NCBI GenBank assembly: GCA_027858435.1
Contig: JAQICS010000032.1
Location: 1-60,928 of the forward strand
DNA: 60,928 bases
From: Patescibacteria group bacterium
GTDB taxonomy: Bacteria; Patescibacteriota; Patescibacteriia; Patescibacteriales; UBA12465
Direction: 5' to 3'
Made by a program: the position numbers and the translations under genes. The notes under the pieces are model-generated. The model was not told the DNA's origin. It saw only the letters and a list, made by a program, of their open reading frames with translations, and searched no databases. This document shows, one piece after another, positions 52,735 through 60,928 of this stretch. Position 1 is the stretch's first letter. Each line of letters opens with the position of its first letter.

Positions 52735-54999
52735 TTAATTAGTCTCTTCTTCTGTATTTTCAGCTTGTTCAATTAAATTCATAGCTTGAATAAAAGACTG
52801 CCACTCTTCTTCAATACCTTCGTTTTTTTCTTTTAAACCATCTTTAATCTCATTAGCTTTATCTAAGTCGGAATTTAAGTAATATAGTTTAGCTAAACTA
52901 AGGGCAATGTCTTTGTTTTCAGGGTTTAACTCATGTAACCTTTTAGCAACCACAACAGATCTATTATAATCTCCTTCGTTTACATATTGAGAAACAACTT
53001 GTTCTAGAAATAAGCTTGATTTTATTGAATCAATTCCCCCTAAATCAAGGCATTTATCAAAAGCATTGGAAAATTCTTCGCTGTTTTGTTTTCCCATGCT
53101 GGCATAGAATTGAGATAACTGACAATATCCAGCGTAGTATTCCCTATTAAAACTAATTCCTTTTTCAACTACTTCAATTGCTTTTTCCTCTTCTCCTCTT
53201 AAAACAAGCATTTGACCTTTAGCAAAGTATAGAGGAGCTCTTTCTGGGCTTGCTTTAATTGCTATTTCCATGGCCTCTGTTGCTTCTTTGCTTAGCTTCT
53301 GATACATTTCCTCATCCTTGTCTTTATAATAATCAGCTGAGACATCAAGTACTTGAGTTAATTGCAAGTTCATTAAACTGTCCATGCTATTGTGTGAAAC
53401 ATTTTTCTTCGCATTTTCAATGACATAGGAAATATAATCATCAGCTATTTCATCCGGTAGCTTATCCAGTACTTGACGATTAGAGGTAAAGAGATTAATT
53501 AAAATGCCACGCGCATCCCTATCAAGTGGTCCTCCATTTAATGATTCTTTAAAAGTAGTAAGTCCTTCTTGAAATTCTCCTGATTTCATTTGTGAATATC
53601 CAGTTATCGCTCCCTTTAAATCATTCTTGTACCTTATATTAAAATTAGCGGTAAATATGTAGGCAAATAATAGGAAAAGAATAATTAGGAAAATTTCAAG
53701 GCTTTGGCTTTTAATTAAACTTTTTCTTTCCTCTCTTTCTTTTCCATCAAAGTATAGCCAAGAAATATAGCCTAAGGTTATCATTAAGCCAATATATGTA
53801 ACAAAGGAGTCAAAAATGGCTAGGTTTTGAATGAAATAAGCTGCTAGAAGTGAAACAATTAAAATTATCTCTAAATTTTTCCGGTGTTTAAAATCTGATA
53901 TTCCTGCTTTGAAGTCATTCTCTTTCATTACCCTAAAGAGATAAATGAGAGCAAAGATAAAGATAGTTAAATAAGTAATAAGGCCAACTAAACCAGTGGT
54001 AGAGGCAATATCAATTAAGTTATTATGAGCTCTATCAAAATATGTTTCTGAGGTAGTGTAATTAAAGAATTTAGAGTCAAAATGCTTATCAAAAATAACA
54101 GCAAAATTACCAAAACCAGTTCCAAGCATTGGGTGATTACCAAAGTCTTCAGCAGCTGCCTGCCAAGATATTAAACGAGTTTGGAAAGTTATCTTTTGTG
54201 GGGTTAAATTCTTTAGAAAACTATTTTGAAACCAAGTAGTTTGACTTTGAGAAAAGATAAAAGTGACGGAAATAATTGCTAGAGCAAATAAAGTTAAAGA
54301 CAACCTCTTTATTTTTTTATTATCATGAAACAAACCAACTAAAAAAATAGTTAATAGTATTCCTAAAAACAAACCAATAATTGCCCCCGATGTTTTACAC
54401 TGCCAGAATTCAAGTAACATGATAATAACGGGGATTGAGTATATCCAACGTAGTTTTTTTTCATTTTCTCTAAAAAATAAGATAGCAGCAAAGAACAGGT
54501 TAAAGATTAAATAACCACTAACATAAGCGGTGTTTCCAATAAAACTATAGGTATTATCTCCCATTAAACCTTTTAAACTAACAATTGTCGCTACCACTAC
54601 TGAAGATATTAAAAGAGTCTGCCAGTCTTTAAATTTCCTAAAAACTGAGACAATGACTAAATAGAACAAAAAGAAATGAGAAACGTGAAATAGTCCCAGC
54701 ATTCGCTCAGCATCTCCCCAAAAACTTAACTGCGGATCAACAGAGACAAACAGCGAAGCAGTTATAGCTAATAAATAAGCTAACAGGCCAAAAGTAATTA
54801 AATTCTTTCTGGGCCGATACTTAGGAAACTTTAGGATAAAGACAAGCCACAGAGCAAACATTAGCTCAGTTAAGATATTGAAACTAAATTGCTTAGAAGT
54901 AATATAGGGGAAAAGTAATTCTTTGTTTACAAAGAAGACAAAGATAAGGGAGAAAATTGCCAAAATTTGTAAAATCAACTTATAGGTTTTTTCATTCAT
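52735..54999 (-). CDS. O-antigen ligase/polymerase-like (Wzy_C) polytopic membrane protein with a C-terminal TPR domain
   Basis: More than 10 TM helices over the first 440 aa or so, with a large loop containing HNNLIDI. The C-terminal 300 aa are helical repeats (AIEVVEKGISFNREYYAGYCQLSQFYASMG and others). Confidence 0.75.
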   Translation of the reverse strand: MNEKTYKLILQILAIFSLIFVFFVNKELLFPYITSKQFSFNILTELMFALWLVFILKFPKYRPRKNLITFGLLAYLLAITASLFVSVDPQLSFWGDAERMLGLFHVSHFFLFYLVIVSVFRKFKDWQTLLISSVVVATIVSLKGLMGDNTYSFIGNTAYVSGYLIFNLFFAAILFFRENEKKLRWIYSIPVIIMLLEFWQCKTSGAIIGLFLGILLTIFLVGLFHDNKKIKRLSLTLFALAIISVTFIFSQSQTTWFQNSFLKNLTPQKITFQTRLISWQAAAEDFGNHPMLGTGFGNFAVIFDKHFDSKFFNYTTSETYFDRAHNNLIDIASTTGLVGLITYLTIFIFALIYLFRVMKENDFKAGISDFKHRKNLEIILIVSLLAAYFIQNLAIFDSFVTYIGLMITLGYISWLYFDGKEREERKSLIKSQSLEIFLIILFLLFAYIFTANFNIRYKNDLKGAITGYSQMKSGEFQEGLTTFKESLNGGPLDRDARGILINLFTSNRQVLDKLPDEIADDYISYVIENAKKNVSHNSMDSLMNLQLTQVLDVSADYYKDKDEEMYQKLSKEATEAMEIAIKASPERAPLYFAKGQMLVLRGEEEKAIEVVEKGISFNREYYAGYCQLSQFYASMGKQNSEEFSNAFDKCLDLGGIDSIKSSLFLEQVVSQYVNEGDYNRSVVVAKRLHELNPENKDIALSLAKLYYLNSDLDKANEIKDGLKEKNEGIEEEWQSFIQAMNLIEQAENTEEETN

Positions 55000-55087
55000 A
55001 TTAATTTATTATTATCTATACTTAATTTATTTATATTACACTTAAATTATTTAAATTATTATATCAACTAAAATACAATATACAAAA

Positions 55088-56320
55088 CTACTCTGTTCTT
55101 AAAGCTTCAACTGGGTCAAGCTTTGAAGCTCTTTTAGCTGGCTGAAAGCCAAAGAGAAGACCACAAATAATGGAGAAAACAAAAGAAACCAATATTCCCT
55201 GCCAAGGAAAAAGAAAGGCTATCTTTAAATTATAGGCTAGAGCTAGCTTATAAATCACAAATGATCCAATTACCCCAACCACTACCCCAATTAACCATCC
55301 CCAAAAAGTAATTAGAACTGATTCAATTAAAAACTGCCAAGTAATATCTGTTGGTTTTGCTCCCATTGCTTTTCTTAAACCAATTTCCGGAGTTCTCTCA
55401 GTCACAGTAACATACATAATATTCATAATACCTACTCCACCAACTAGAAGTGAGATTAAAACAATTCCTAAAAGAAGAAAAGTAACTGCACTGGTAACAA
55501 CTCCTAAAGTATCAACAATTTCTTCCATAGTGGAAACTCGAAAATCATCATAGTCAGGATTAGTAATTTCATGTCTTTCTCTAAGTAGATATTTAATTTC
55601 TTCAGCGGTATCCTCAGCTCTATTTAAATCCTTTAACTGATGAATAAAATACATTGAATAATCCACTCCCAAAATTCTTTTTTGCAAAGTATTTACAGGA
55701 ACATAAACTATTTCATCAAAGTCAATAAAATTAAATGCTCCACTTTGCTCTTCTAAAACACCAATTACCCGATAATTAAAAGTTCCTAATCTAAGCATCT
55801 TTCCCACTGCTTCACTGTTTCCAAATAAATCCTCTTTTAATTTGTAACCAATAACTGCCACTGTTGCTTGTGACTCATTCTCCCCTTCGGTAAAAAACCG
55901 TCCTTCAGAAATAATACTTTTCCTATCAATATTAATATAACTTTGACCAACACCAAAGATAAAAGTATTTGTTCCCTCAGCCCCATAGCTAACTCTTTTC
56001 TGACCAAGAGAAGCAGCGTAACCATCAACAATATTATCCAATTTATTTATTTCTTCAAAATCTCCCATTTTTAAAGTGGTAACTTCTCCCACCTGAAAAC
56101 TGTTTTTTGTACTAGGCACTTTTATTTCTGTTTGAATAACATCACTACCATAGGAATTAACCTCACCAGCAATAATACTATTTAAAGCATCACCGGCAAA
56201 GAAAACCATGATTATAGAAGCAGCCCCAATTATCACACCTAAAACAGTCAAACTAGTTCTTAGAATATTTTGACTTAGTGATTTTAGAGCAAGTTGTAGA
56301 GCAATTACTATTTTGTTCAT
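55088..56320 (-). CDS. ABC transporter permease, FtsX/MacB/LolC-E type
   Basis: A MacB_PCD-like periplasmic domain lies between TM1 and TM2, followed by a C-terminal FtsX 3-TM bundle. The protein ends KLDPVEALRTE. Confidence 0.9.
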   Translation of the reverse strand: MNKIVIALQLALKSLSQNILRTSLTVLGVIIGAASIIMVFFAGDALNSIIAGEVNSYGSDVIQTEIKVPSTKNSFQVGEVTTLKMGDFEEINKLDNIVDGYAASLGQKRVSYGAEGTNTFIFGVGQSYINIDRKSIISEGRFFTEGENESQATVAVIGYKLKEDLFGNSEAVGKMLRLGTFNYRVIGVLEEQSGAFNFIDFDEIVYVPVNTLQKRILGVDYSMYFIHQLKDLNRAEDTAEEIKYLLRERHEITNPDYDDFRVSTMEEIVDTLGVVTSAVTFLLLGIVLISLLVGGVGIMNIMYVTVTERTPEIGLRKAMGAKPTDITWQFLIESVLITFWGWLIGVVVGVIGSFVIYKLALAYNLKIAFLFPWQGILVSFVFSIICGLLFGFQPAKRASKLDPVEALRTE

Positions 56321-56323
56321 AAA

Positions 56324-57571
56324 TTATTCATATCTTAAAGCTTCAATTGGATCAAGTTTTGAAGCACGATTGGCTGGATAGAAACCAAAGATAACTCCGA
56401 TTACAGTTGACAAACCAATGGCAATAGCAAACGAGGAAAAAGAAATAACAAAAGCCCAATCGTATCCTAGTGATTGCACTACCACTGATACTAACCAAGC
56501 AAAAAATATTCCAATTAATAGTCCAATTATACCACCTATTAAAGTCAAAACAATTGATTCAAATAAAAACTGTAAGCGGATGTGATTATTTTTAGCACCA
56601 ATTGCCTTTCTAAGACCTATCTCTCTAGTTCTCTCAGTGACTGAAACAAGCATGATGTTCATAATACCTACCCCGCCAACAATAAGAGATAGAGCAGCCA
56701 TAGCCGCTAAAAAATATTTAATTGAATTGGTAATTGTGGTAACAAGTTCAAGAGCATCTTTAAAAGCCCTAACTGAGAAATCATCTTCTTCAGGATTATT
56801 AACATCATGTCTTTCTCTTAGCGTCATTTTTATATCGGATATGGCATAATCAATATTATTTGTTTGATCAACCCTGACAAAAGCTGAGCTTAAATAGTTA
56901 ACCCCGGCTAATATCTTTTGAGCGAATTCCAGTGGTACTAAAATTTGATCATTGGGATCAGAAAAACCTGCTTTCCCTTTTTCTTCTAGTACTCCAATTA
57001 CCTCTACCGTTTGATTATCAATTTTCATTCTTTGACCAATTGGATTACTCTGAATAAAAACTTCATCCACTACTGTTTGACCAATTACTGCCAATTTTAA
57101 AGCAGAACTCATTTCACTGGAGCTAAAAAACCTACCCTTAACAACTTCAGTGTTTTCTACTTCTAAAAAATCACCACTAGTTCCTTTAATAGTGGTGTCA
57201 TAATTATTATCCTTCCAGGAAACTGGAAGGTTAATGTCATAGTATGAAACAATGTACTTTAAATTAGGAACATTACTTTTATCCTTTAAAGCTTCAATGT
57301 CACTTTGTTTTAAACTAGTTGGCACTATTCCAAAAACAGATGCTGGTGGGCCTTTTTCATCACTTGCTCCCGGTAGTATTCCCACTAAATCAGTACCAAA
57401 AGAATCAAGTTGTCCTAGTATTAATGATTGGGCACCAGCGCCCAGTGACATAATTAAAACCACTGCCCCAACCCCAATAACAATGCCTAGCATTGTTAAA
57501 AAACTTCGAGTCTTATTACTAAGTAAAGCTCGAAAGACAATTTGTAGTAGTTGTTTTAATTCTTCAAACAT
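56324..57571 (-). CDS. ABC transporter permease, FtsX/MacB/LolC-E type (paralog)
   Basis: Same architecture as 55088..56320. The protein ends KLDPIEALRYE. Confidence 0.9.
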   Translation of the reverse strand: MFEELKQLLQIVFRALLSNKTRSFLTMLGIVIGVGAVVLIMSLGAGAQSLILGQLDSFGTDLVGILPGASDEKGPPASVFGIVPTSLKQSDIEALKDKSNVPNLKYIVSYYDINLPVSWKDNNYDTTIKGTSGDFLEVENTEVVKGRFFSSSEMSSALKLAVIGQTVVDEVFIQSNPIGQRMKIDNQTVEVIGVLEEKGKAGFSDPNDQILVPLEFAQKILAGVNYLSSAFVRVDQTNNIDYAISDIKMTLRERHDVNNPEEDDFSVRAFKDALELVTTITNSIKYFLAAMAALSLIVGGVGIMNIMLVSVTERTREIGLRKAIGAKNNHIRLQFLFESIVLTLIGGIIGLLIGIFFAWLVSVVVQSLGYDWAFVISFSSFAIAIGLSTVIGVIFGFYPANRASKLDPIEALRYE

Positions 57572-58300
57572 TTATTTAACAAGTTCACTATCTTTAGCTA
57601 ATCGCCTGTTTTCCACTTTCTCGTCACTAACAAGTTTTCCGTCTCTAACCCGAATAATTCTCTTGGCATGTTCAGCGGTAAAGGTTTCGTGAGTAACTAA
57701 AATAATAGTTACCCCTTGTTCATTTAAATCTTGGAGTAATTTCATAACCTGAGTACCAGACTTAGAATCAAGATTACCAGTTGGCTCATCAGCAAAAATA
57801 ACCGATGGTTTATTAACCAAAGCTCGAGCAATCGCTACTCTTTGTTTCTCACCACCAGAAATTTGATTAGTATAATAATTTAGGCGATGTGAAAGACCCA
57901 CGCTTTCCAGTACTTTTTTCGCTCTCTCTTCCATATCTTTTTTATCACTGGAATATAAAAGAGGAAGTTTTACATTATCTAGAACTGTCGTTCTAGCTAA
58001 TAAATTAAAAGCTTGAAAAACAAAGCCAATGCTTTTATTCCTTAACTCCGCTAACTCATCTTCATCTAAGTCACTAGCTTTTTCACCACTAAAATAATAA
58101 GTGCCAACACTTGGCTTATCAAGTAAACCTAAAATATGCATTAGCGTTGACTTACCTGATCCAGATGGTCCCATAATAGAAACAAATTCTCCTTTATCAA
58201 TCTTAAAATCAATTCCTTTTAACACTTCAGTCTTTATTTCACCGGTGATATAGGTTCTACCTAAATCTTTTACCTCAATTAATGAATTAGAATTATTCAT
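57572..58300 (-). CDS. ABC transporter ATP-binding protein (LolD/MacB-type)
   Basis: Walker [10 protein letters not shown], signature [15 protein letters not shown] and Walker [13 protein letters not shown]. Confidence 0.95.
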   Translation of the reverse strand: MNNSNSLIEVKDLGRTYITGEIKTEVLKGIDFKIDKGEFVSIMGPSGSGKSTLMHILGLLDKPSVGTYYFSGEKASDLDEDELAELRNKSIGFVFQAFNLLARTTVLDNVKLPLLYSSDKKDMEERAKKVLESVGLSHRLNYYTNQISGGEKQRVAIARALVNKPSVIFADEPTGNLDSKSGTQVMKLLQDLNEQGVTIILVTHETFTAEHAKRIIRVRDGKLVSDEKVENRRLAKDSELVK

Positions 58301-58309
58301 ACTTATATA

Positions 58310-60238
58310 TTAATTACCATTTCTAATTAGAGTAATCACTTCGCTTCCCTCACTTACTCCCTCTTGTACCTCTATTTGTCCATTATCGCCTCTTAGGCCG
58401 GTTAGAACCGGAGTTTTGACTACTTCTTCGTTTACCAGAAGTCTTAGGTATTTAACGCCATTTTCTTCGATAATTGCTCTTGATGGAACTGAGATAACAT
58501 TATCTTTTTCATCAGTGGTTATCACCACATTTGCTGTCATACCAGATTTTAAATTTAAGCCTCTTTTCTTAGTTTCAACTAAAACTTTATCTAAATCATT
58601 AAACTCAACTTTTACTTTATAATATACTACCCCTGAAATTAATGTTTGAGCTGGTTCAATAAAACTTACATGACCATCTAAAACAAAGTCATCAGAAAAA
58701 GCATCAAGAGTAATTTCAGTCTTATCATTAATTTTTACTTTAGAAATATTTGATTCAGAAATATCCACTTCAATATTGAAGTTATTATCAACTAACATTT
58801 TAATCATTGTTCCTACTGACCCACTATACTGTTCCCCAACTTCATAGTTTATCTCTGTTATCACACCACTAAGTGGCGCATAGATTTTAGCATCAATAAT
58901 TTGCTTTTCAATACTCTCTAGGGCTGCTTGAGCTTGATTAACTTGTGCTTGGGCTAAGCTTAAATCTTCAGTTCTAGCTGGAGCCACCACCTTATCATAT
59001 TGTGCTTGAGCAAGCTCTTTAGCGTTTATAGCGTTTTCTAATCTAGTCTTAGCTGATAGATATTGTTGTTCACTGCTAAGCTTTATATTGTTTAAAGAAT
59101 TTAAAGCATTTATTTTAGTATTCTGTAGCGAAACATTAGCTTGTGATAGAGCATCTTCAGCACTAGCTATTGAAGTATCGTATGAACTTATAGCATTTTT
59201 ATAAGCAGATAAGGTTCCTTCTAATGAATTATTAGCTGTATTAATATTAGTACTTTGACCAAGTATCATAGTTTTTAAGGCATCAAGTTCAGTTTGAGAA
59301 AAATCAGCAGAAGTAATAGTATTTTCTAGCATCTCATAACTTAAGTCTAGAATCTCTTGCATGTTTTCTAATAAATTAGCTAAATCACTAGAAGCTAATA
59401 GGATACTGCTTTCTGTTTTTAATTCTTTAGCTCTAGCTATCTTTCCCTCAACTAAAACTATCTCATCTTCAATTTGTGACATCTTTGTTTTAACTTCACT
59501 TTTATATGAAGTGTCTAAAACAGAAAGAAGTCCAGAAATATTATCATCATCTAATATTTCTTGAACCTTATTCTTTGCCACTTTTACGCTTAATATCTTA
59601 TCGTTTAAAACTAGAAGCAAAGAACTCTCAGCGTTTGCTAAATTCTTTTCAGCTGTCTGTTTAGCATTACTCAAAGATACTTCAGCACTAACCACCGCTG
59701 ACTCAGCGTTAGTTGGCGTACTTGCACTATCATCCATTAAGTCATCATAATTTTTCTGAGCTTGTCTAATATTTTCCTTAATAGTATTTTCAATTTGTTT
59801 TAAGTCATTTCGTGCAGATTCTTCAGTTGATTTAGCTTGTTCCAGTGATTGACGAGAAATATTTATATCTTGTCTATCAGCTCCAGCATAAACTTTGTTT
59901 AAATTAGATTGAGCAATCTGTAGACCTGCTTCAGACTCTGCTTTTCTTAAAAGCAATGAGCTATCATCAAGAGAAGCTAACAAATCACCCTCTTCAACAC
60001 TATCACCAACAGCCACATCAATAGTTGCCACCTTACCAGTTGTTTGAAAATTTAAAGACATCTCCTTAACTGGTTTAATCGTTCCAGTTTCACTAACAGT
60101 TTGAGTTAAATTACTAGCTTCAGCGATTATAGTTGAGTATTCTGCATCTGATTTAGTGCTTGATCTCCAAATAACAATACCAACAACTATTAGTATTGGT
60201 AGACCAAAATACAAAAACCTTTTTTTAGCTTTCTTCAT
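58310..60238 (-). CDS. HlyD/MacA-family adaptor (membrane fusion protein) with an unusually long coiled-coil hairpin
   Basis: N-terminal anchor, a lipoyl-like half (GDSVEEGDLLASLD ... APLSGVITEI), a helical insert of about 350 aa, and C-terminal beta-barrel/MP domains. Confidence 0.85.
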   Translation of the reverse strand: MKKAKKRFLYFGLPILIVVGIVIWRSSTKSDAEYSTIIAEASNLTQTVSETGTIKPVKEMSLNFQTTGKVATIDVAVGDSVEEGDLLASLDDSSLLLRKAESEAGLQIAQSNLNKVYAGADRQDINISRQSLEQAKSTEESARNDLKQIENTIKENIRQAQKNYDDLMDDSASTPTNAESAVVSAEVSLSNAKQTAEKNLANAESSLLLVLNDKILSVKVAKNKVQEILDDDNISGLLSVLDTSYKSEVKTKMSQIEDEIVLVEGKIARAKELKTESSILLASSDLANLLENMQEILDLSYEMLENTITSADFSQTELDALKTMILGQSTNINTANNSLEGTLSAYKNAISSYDTSIASAEDALSQANVSLQNTKINALNSLNNIKLSSEQQYLSAKTRLENAINAKELAQAQYDKVVAPARTEDLSLAQAQVNQAQAALESIEKQIIDAKIYAPLSGVITEINYEVGEQYSGSVGTMIKMLVDNNFNIEVDISESNISKVKINDKTEITLDAFSDDFVLDGHVSFIEPAQTLISGVVYYKVKVEFNDLDKVLVETKKRGLNLKSGMTANVVITTDEKDNVISVPSRAIIEENGVKYLRLLVNEEVVKTPVLTGLRGDNGQIEVQEGVSEGSEVITLIRNGN

Positions 60239-60314
60239 ATTATTTAAATATATTTATATTATTTATCACCCTAATTCTCTCATATATAGACCGAAAAATC
60301 AAGAAAACATATTT

Positions 60315-60352
60315 CCTATTCATATCATTTAAACCCCCTATTCATATCATTT
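60315..60352. repeat. direct repeat CCTATTCATATCATTT x2 with 22-bp periodicity
   Basis: Copies at 60315..60330 and 60337..60352, 77-115 bp upstream of the exporter operon start codon (60238). Confidence 0.7.
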
Positions 60353-60360
60353 TGATAGGA

Positions 60361-60406
60361 AACAAAGAAAACATTTAATACAAAACAAAGAAAACATTTA
60401 ATACAA
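60361..60406. repeat. perfect 23-bp tandem duplication AACAAAGAAAACATTTAATACAA x2
   Basis: Copies at 60361..60383 and 60384..60406. A related CAAGAAAACAT lies at about 60299..60309. Confidence 0.7.
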
Positions 60407-60435
60407 GACAAAATATGAAAAATAAAAAAAATACT

Positions 60436-60470
60436 AAAAAGAAGAACAAAATTAATTGTTCTTCTTTTTA
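60436..60470 (-). terminator. rho-independent terminator (copy 2 of the 30-nt repeated hairpin)
   Basis: AGAAGAACA (60440..60448) pairs with TGTTCTTCT (60457..60465). T-runs lie on both strands. Confidence 0.65.
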
Positions 60471-60568
60471 TACGTCTTTTAGTTTAATTTATTTAATTAA
60501 ACCAAGGATTATATTTAAATAATTATTTATATATATTATATATAATAATTACTATATATAATTAATTA

Positions 60569-60928
60569 CTATTCTCCTACTTGTATCTGTCTAATGTTAT
60601 CGTTAGAAATACCAAGAGCTAATTCTCTCATGATTCTGAAAGCATCAGCTGGTCTACCAAGATAATTCATTTCTAGAGTTTTTGGGTTAACATAGTATGC
60701 TTCACCATTATTCTCTACTCTAAGTAGTATTTGTCCGGCAAATCTTGATGGAATACTATTTTCATTAAAGTTACTATAATTATCTTCAGATATTCCTAGA
60801 CCGAATCTTCTCATAAGTTGAAAAGCGTCATTTGGTCTTCCCATGAAATGTTTAGCATTACTACTTGTATCAACATACCAAGCTTGTCCACCTTCCTCTA
60901 CTTGAAGAAGAATGCGTCCTGATAGTCT
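60569..60928 (-). CDS. repeat protein, partial (the 5' end runs off the window)
   Basis: The frame stays open from 60845 to 60928 upstream of the tracked ATG (RLSGRILLQVEEGGQAWYVDTSSNAKHF). A unit of about 45 aa, G[RQ]ILL[QR]VE..G.A[WY]YV......Y[LM]GRP.DAF..MR...LGIS..N, is repeated at least 2.5 times. Confidence 0.6.
   Translation of the reverse strand, partial: RLSGRILLQVEEGGQAWYVDTSSNAKHFMGRPNDAFQLMRRFGLGISEDNYSNFNENSIPSRFAGQILLRVENNGEAYYVNPKTLEMNYLGRPADAFRIMRELALGISNDNIRQIQVGE

Noticed and set aside
55837-56031. 64-aa ORF nested in the permease gene on the same strand.
   Set aside because: It is an alternative frame within a well-supported FtsX-type permease and has no independent evidence.
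60298-60406. Possible CRISPR array, considered for the tandem repeats here and at 15021..15070.
   Set aside because: There are only two or three directly abutting copies with no unique spacers, the repeats are AT-rich and non-palindromic, and no cas genes are present.
1-60928. Alternative genetic code (UGA recoded), as used by some candidate phyla.
   Set aside because: Long conserved genes (dnaE, cysS, eno, ftsI and others) translate uninterrupted under the standard bacterial code and end at sensible positions. No in-frame UGA breaks were needed to explain any gene.

Overview
This is a strongly AT-rich chromosomal segment of about 61 kb, transcribed almost entirely from the minus strand. Several traits suggest a small-genome Patescibacteria/CPR-type bacterium, though this is an inference: a short pyruvate kinase, a half-size TsaB, a DUF4012-like protein, a sigma-r4/HARE-HTH protein, many N-terminally anchored K/E-rich envelope proteins, and almost no Shine-Dalgarno sequences despite very clear TTGACA-17-TATAAT promoters. 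Recognisable housekeeping genes are rplY, a SEDS protein (RodA/FtsW), class I aldolase, dnaE, parAB, tRNA-Leu(CAA), rlmN, eno, pyk, tgt, a dcw block (mraZ-rsmH-ftsL-ftsI-murF), tsaB-like, dus, cysS and mnmA. An RNase P RNA is also present but is invisible to the ORF track. Envelope functions include GT2, three GT4 enzymes, RmlD-like, WbaP-like and O-antigen-ligase/TPR genes, a 1340-aa secreted multidomain protein, and a HlyD plus LolCDE/MacB-like ABC exporter. The non-routine observations are: (1) a tandemly duplicated cassette pairing an unannotated 43-aa ORF with an acidic membrane protein (52..1751); (2) a membrane-protein gene split by a frameshift in an A9 tract (5979..7773); (3) an orphan structured RNA of about 210-265 nt with its own promoter and terminator (11758..12057), carrying a CCUCCUAU element complementary to the only strong RBS in the window; (4) a signal-peptide beta-barrel-like protein next to tRNA-Leu; (5) a 297-bp MITE-like element with 25-bp inverted repeats and a 9-bp target duplication (29507..29821); (6) a strand-switching trio of orphan genes with a terminator-like leader hairpin (40349..42295); (7) a tgt homolog lacking all four zinc ligands. 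No CRISPR array, rRNA, transposase, reverse transcriptase or recognisable defence genes were seen.
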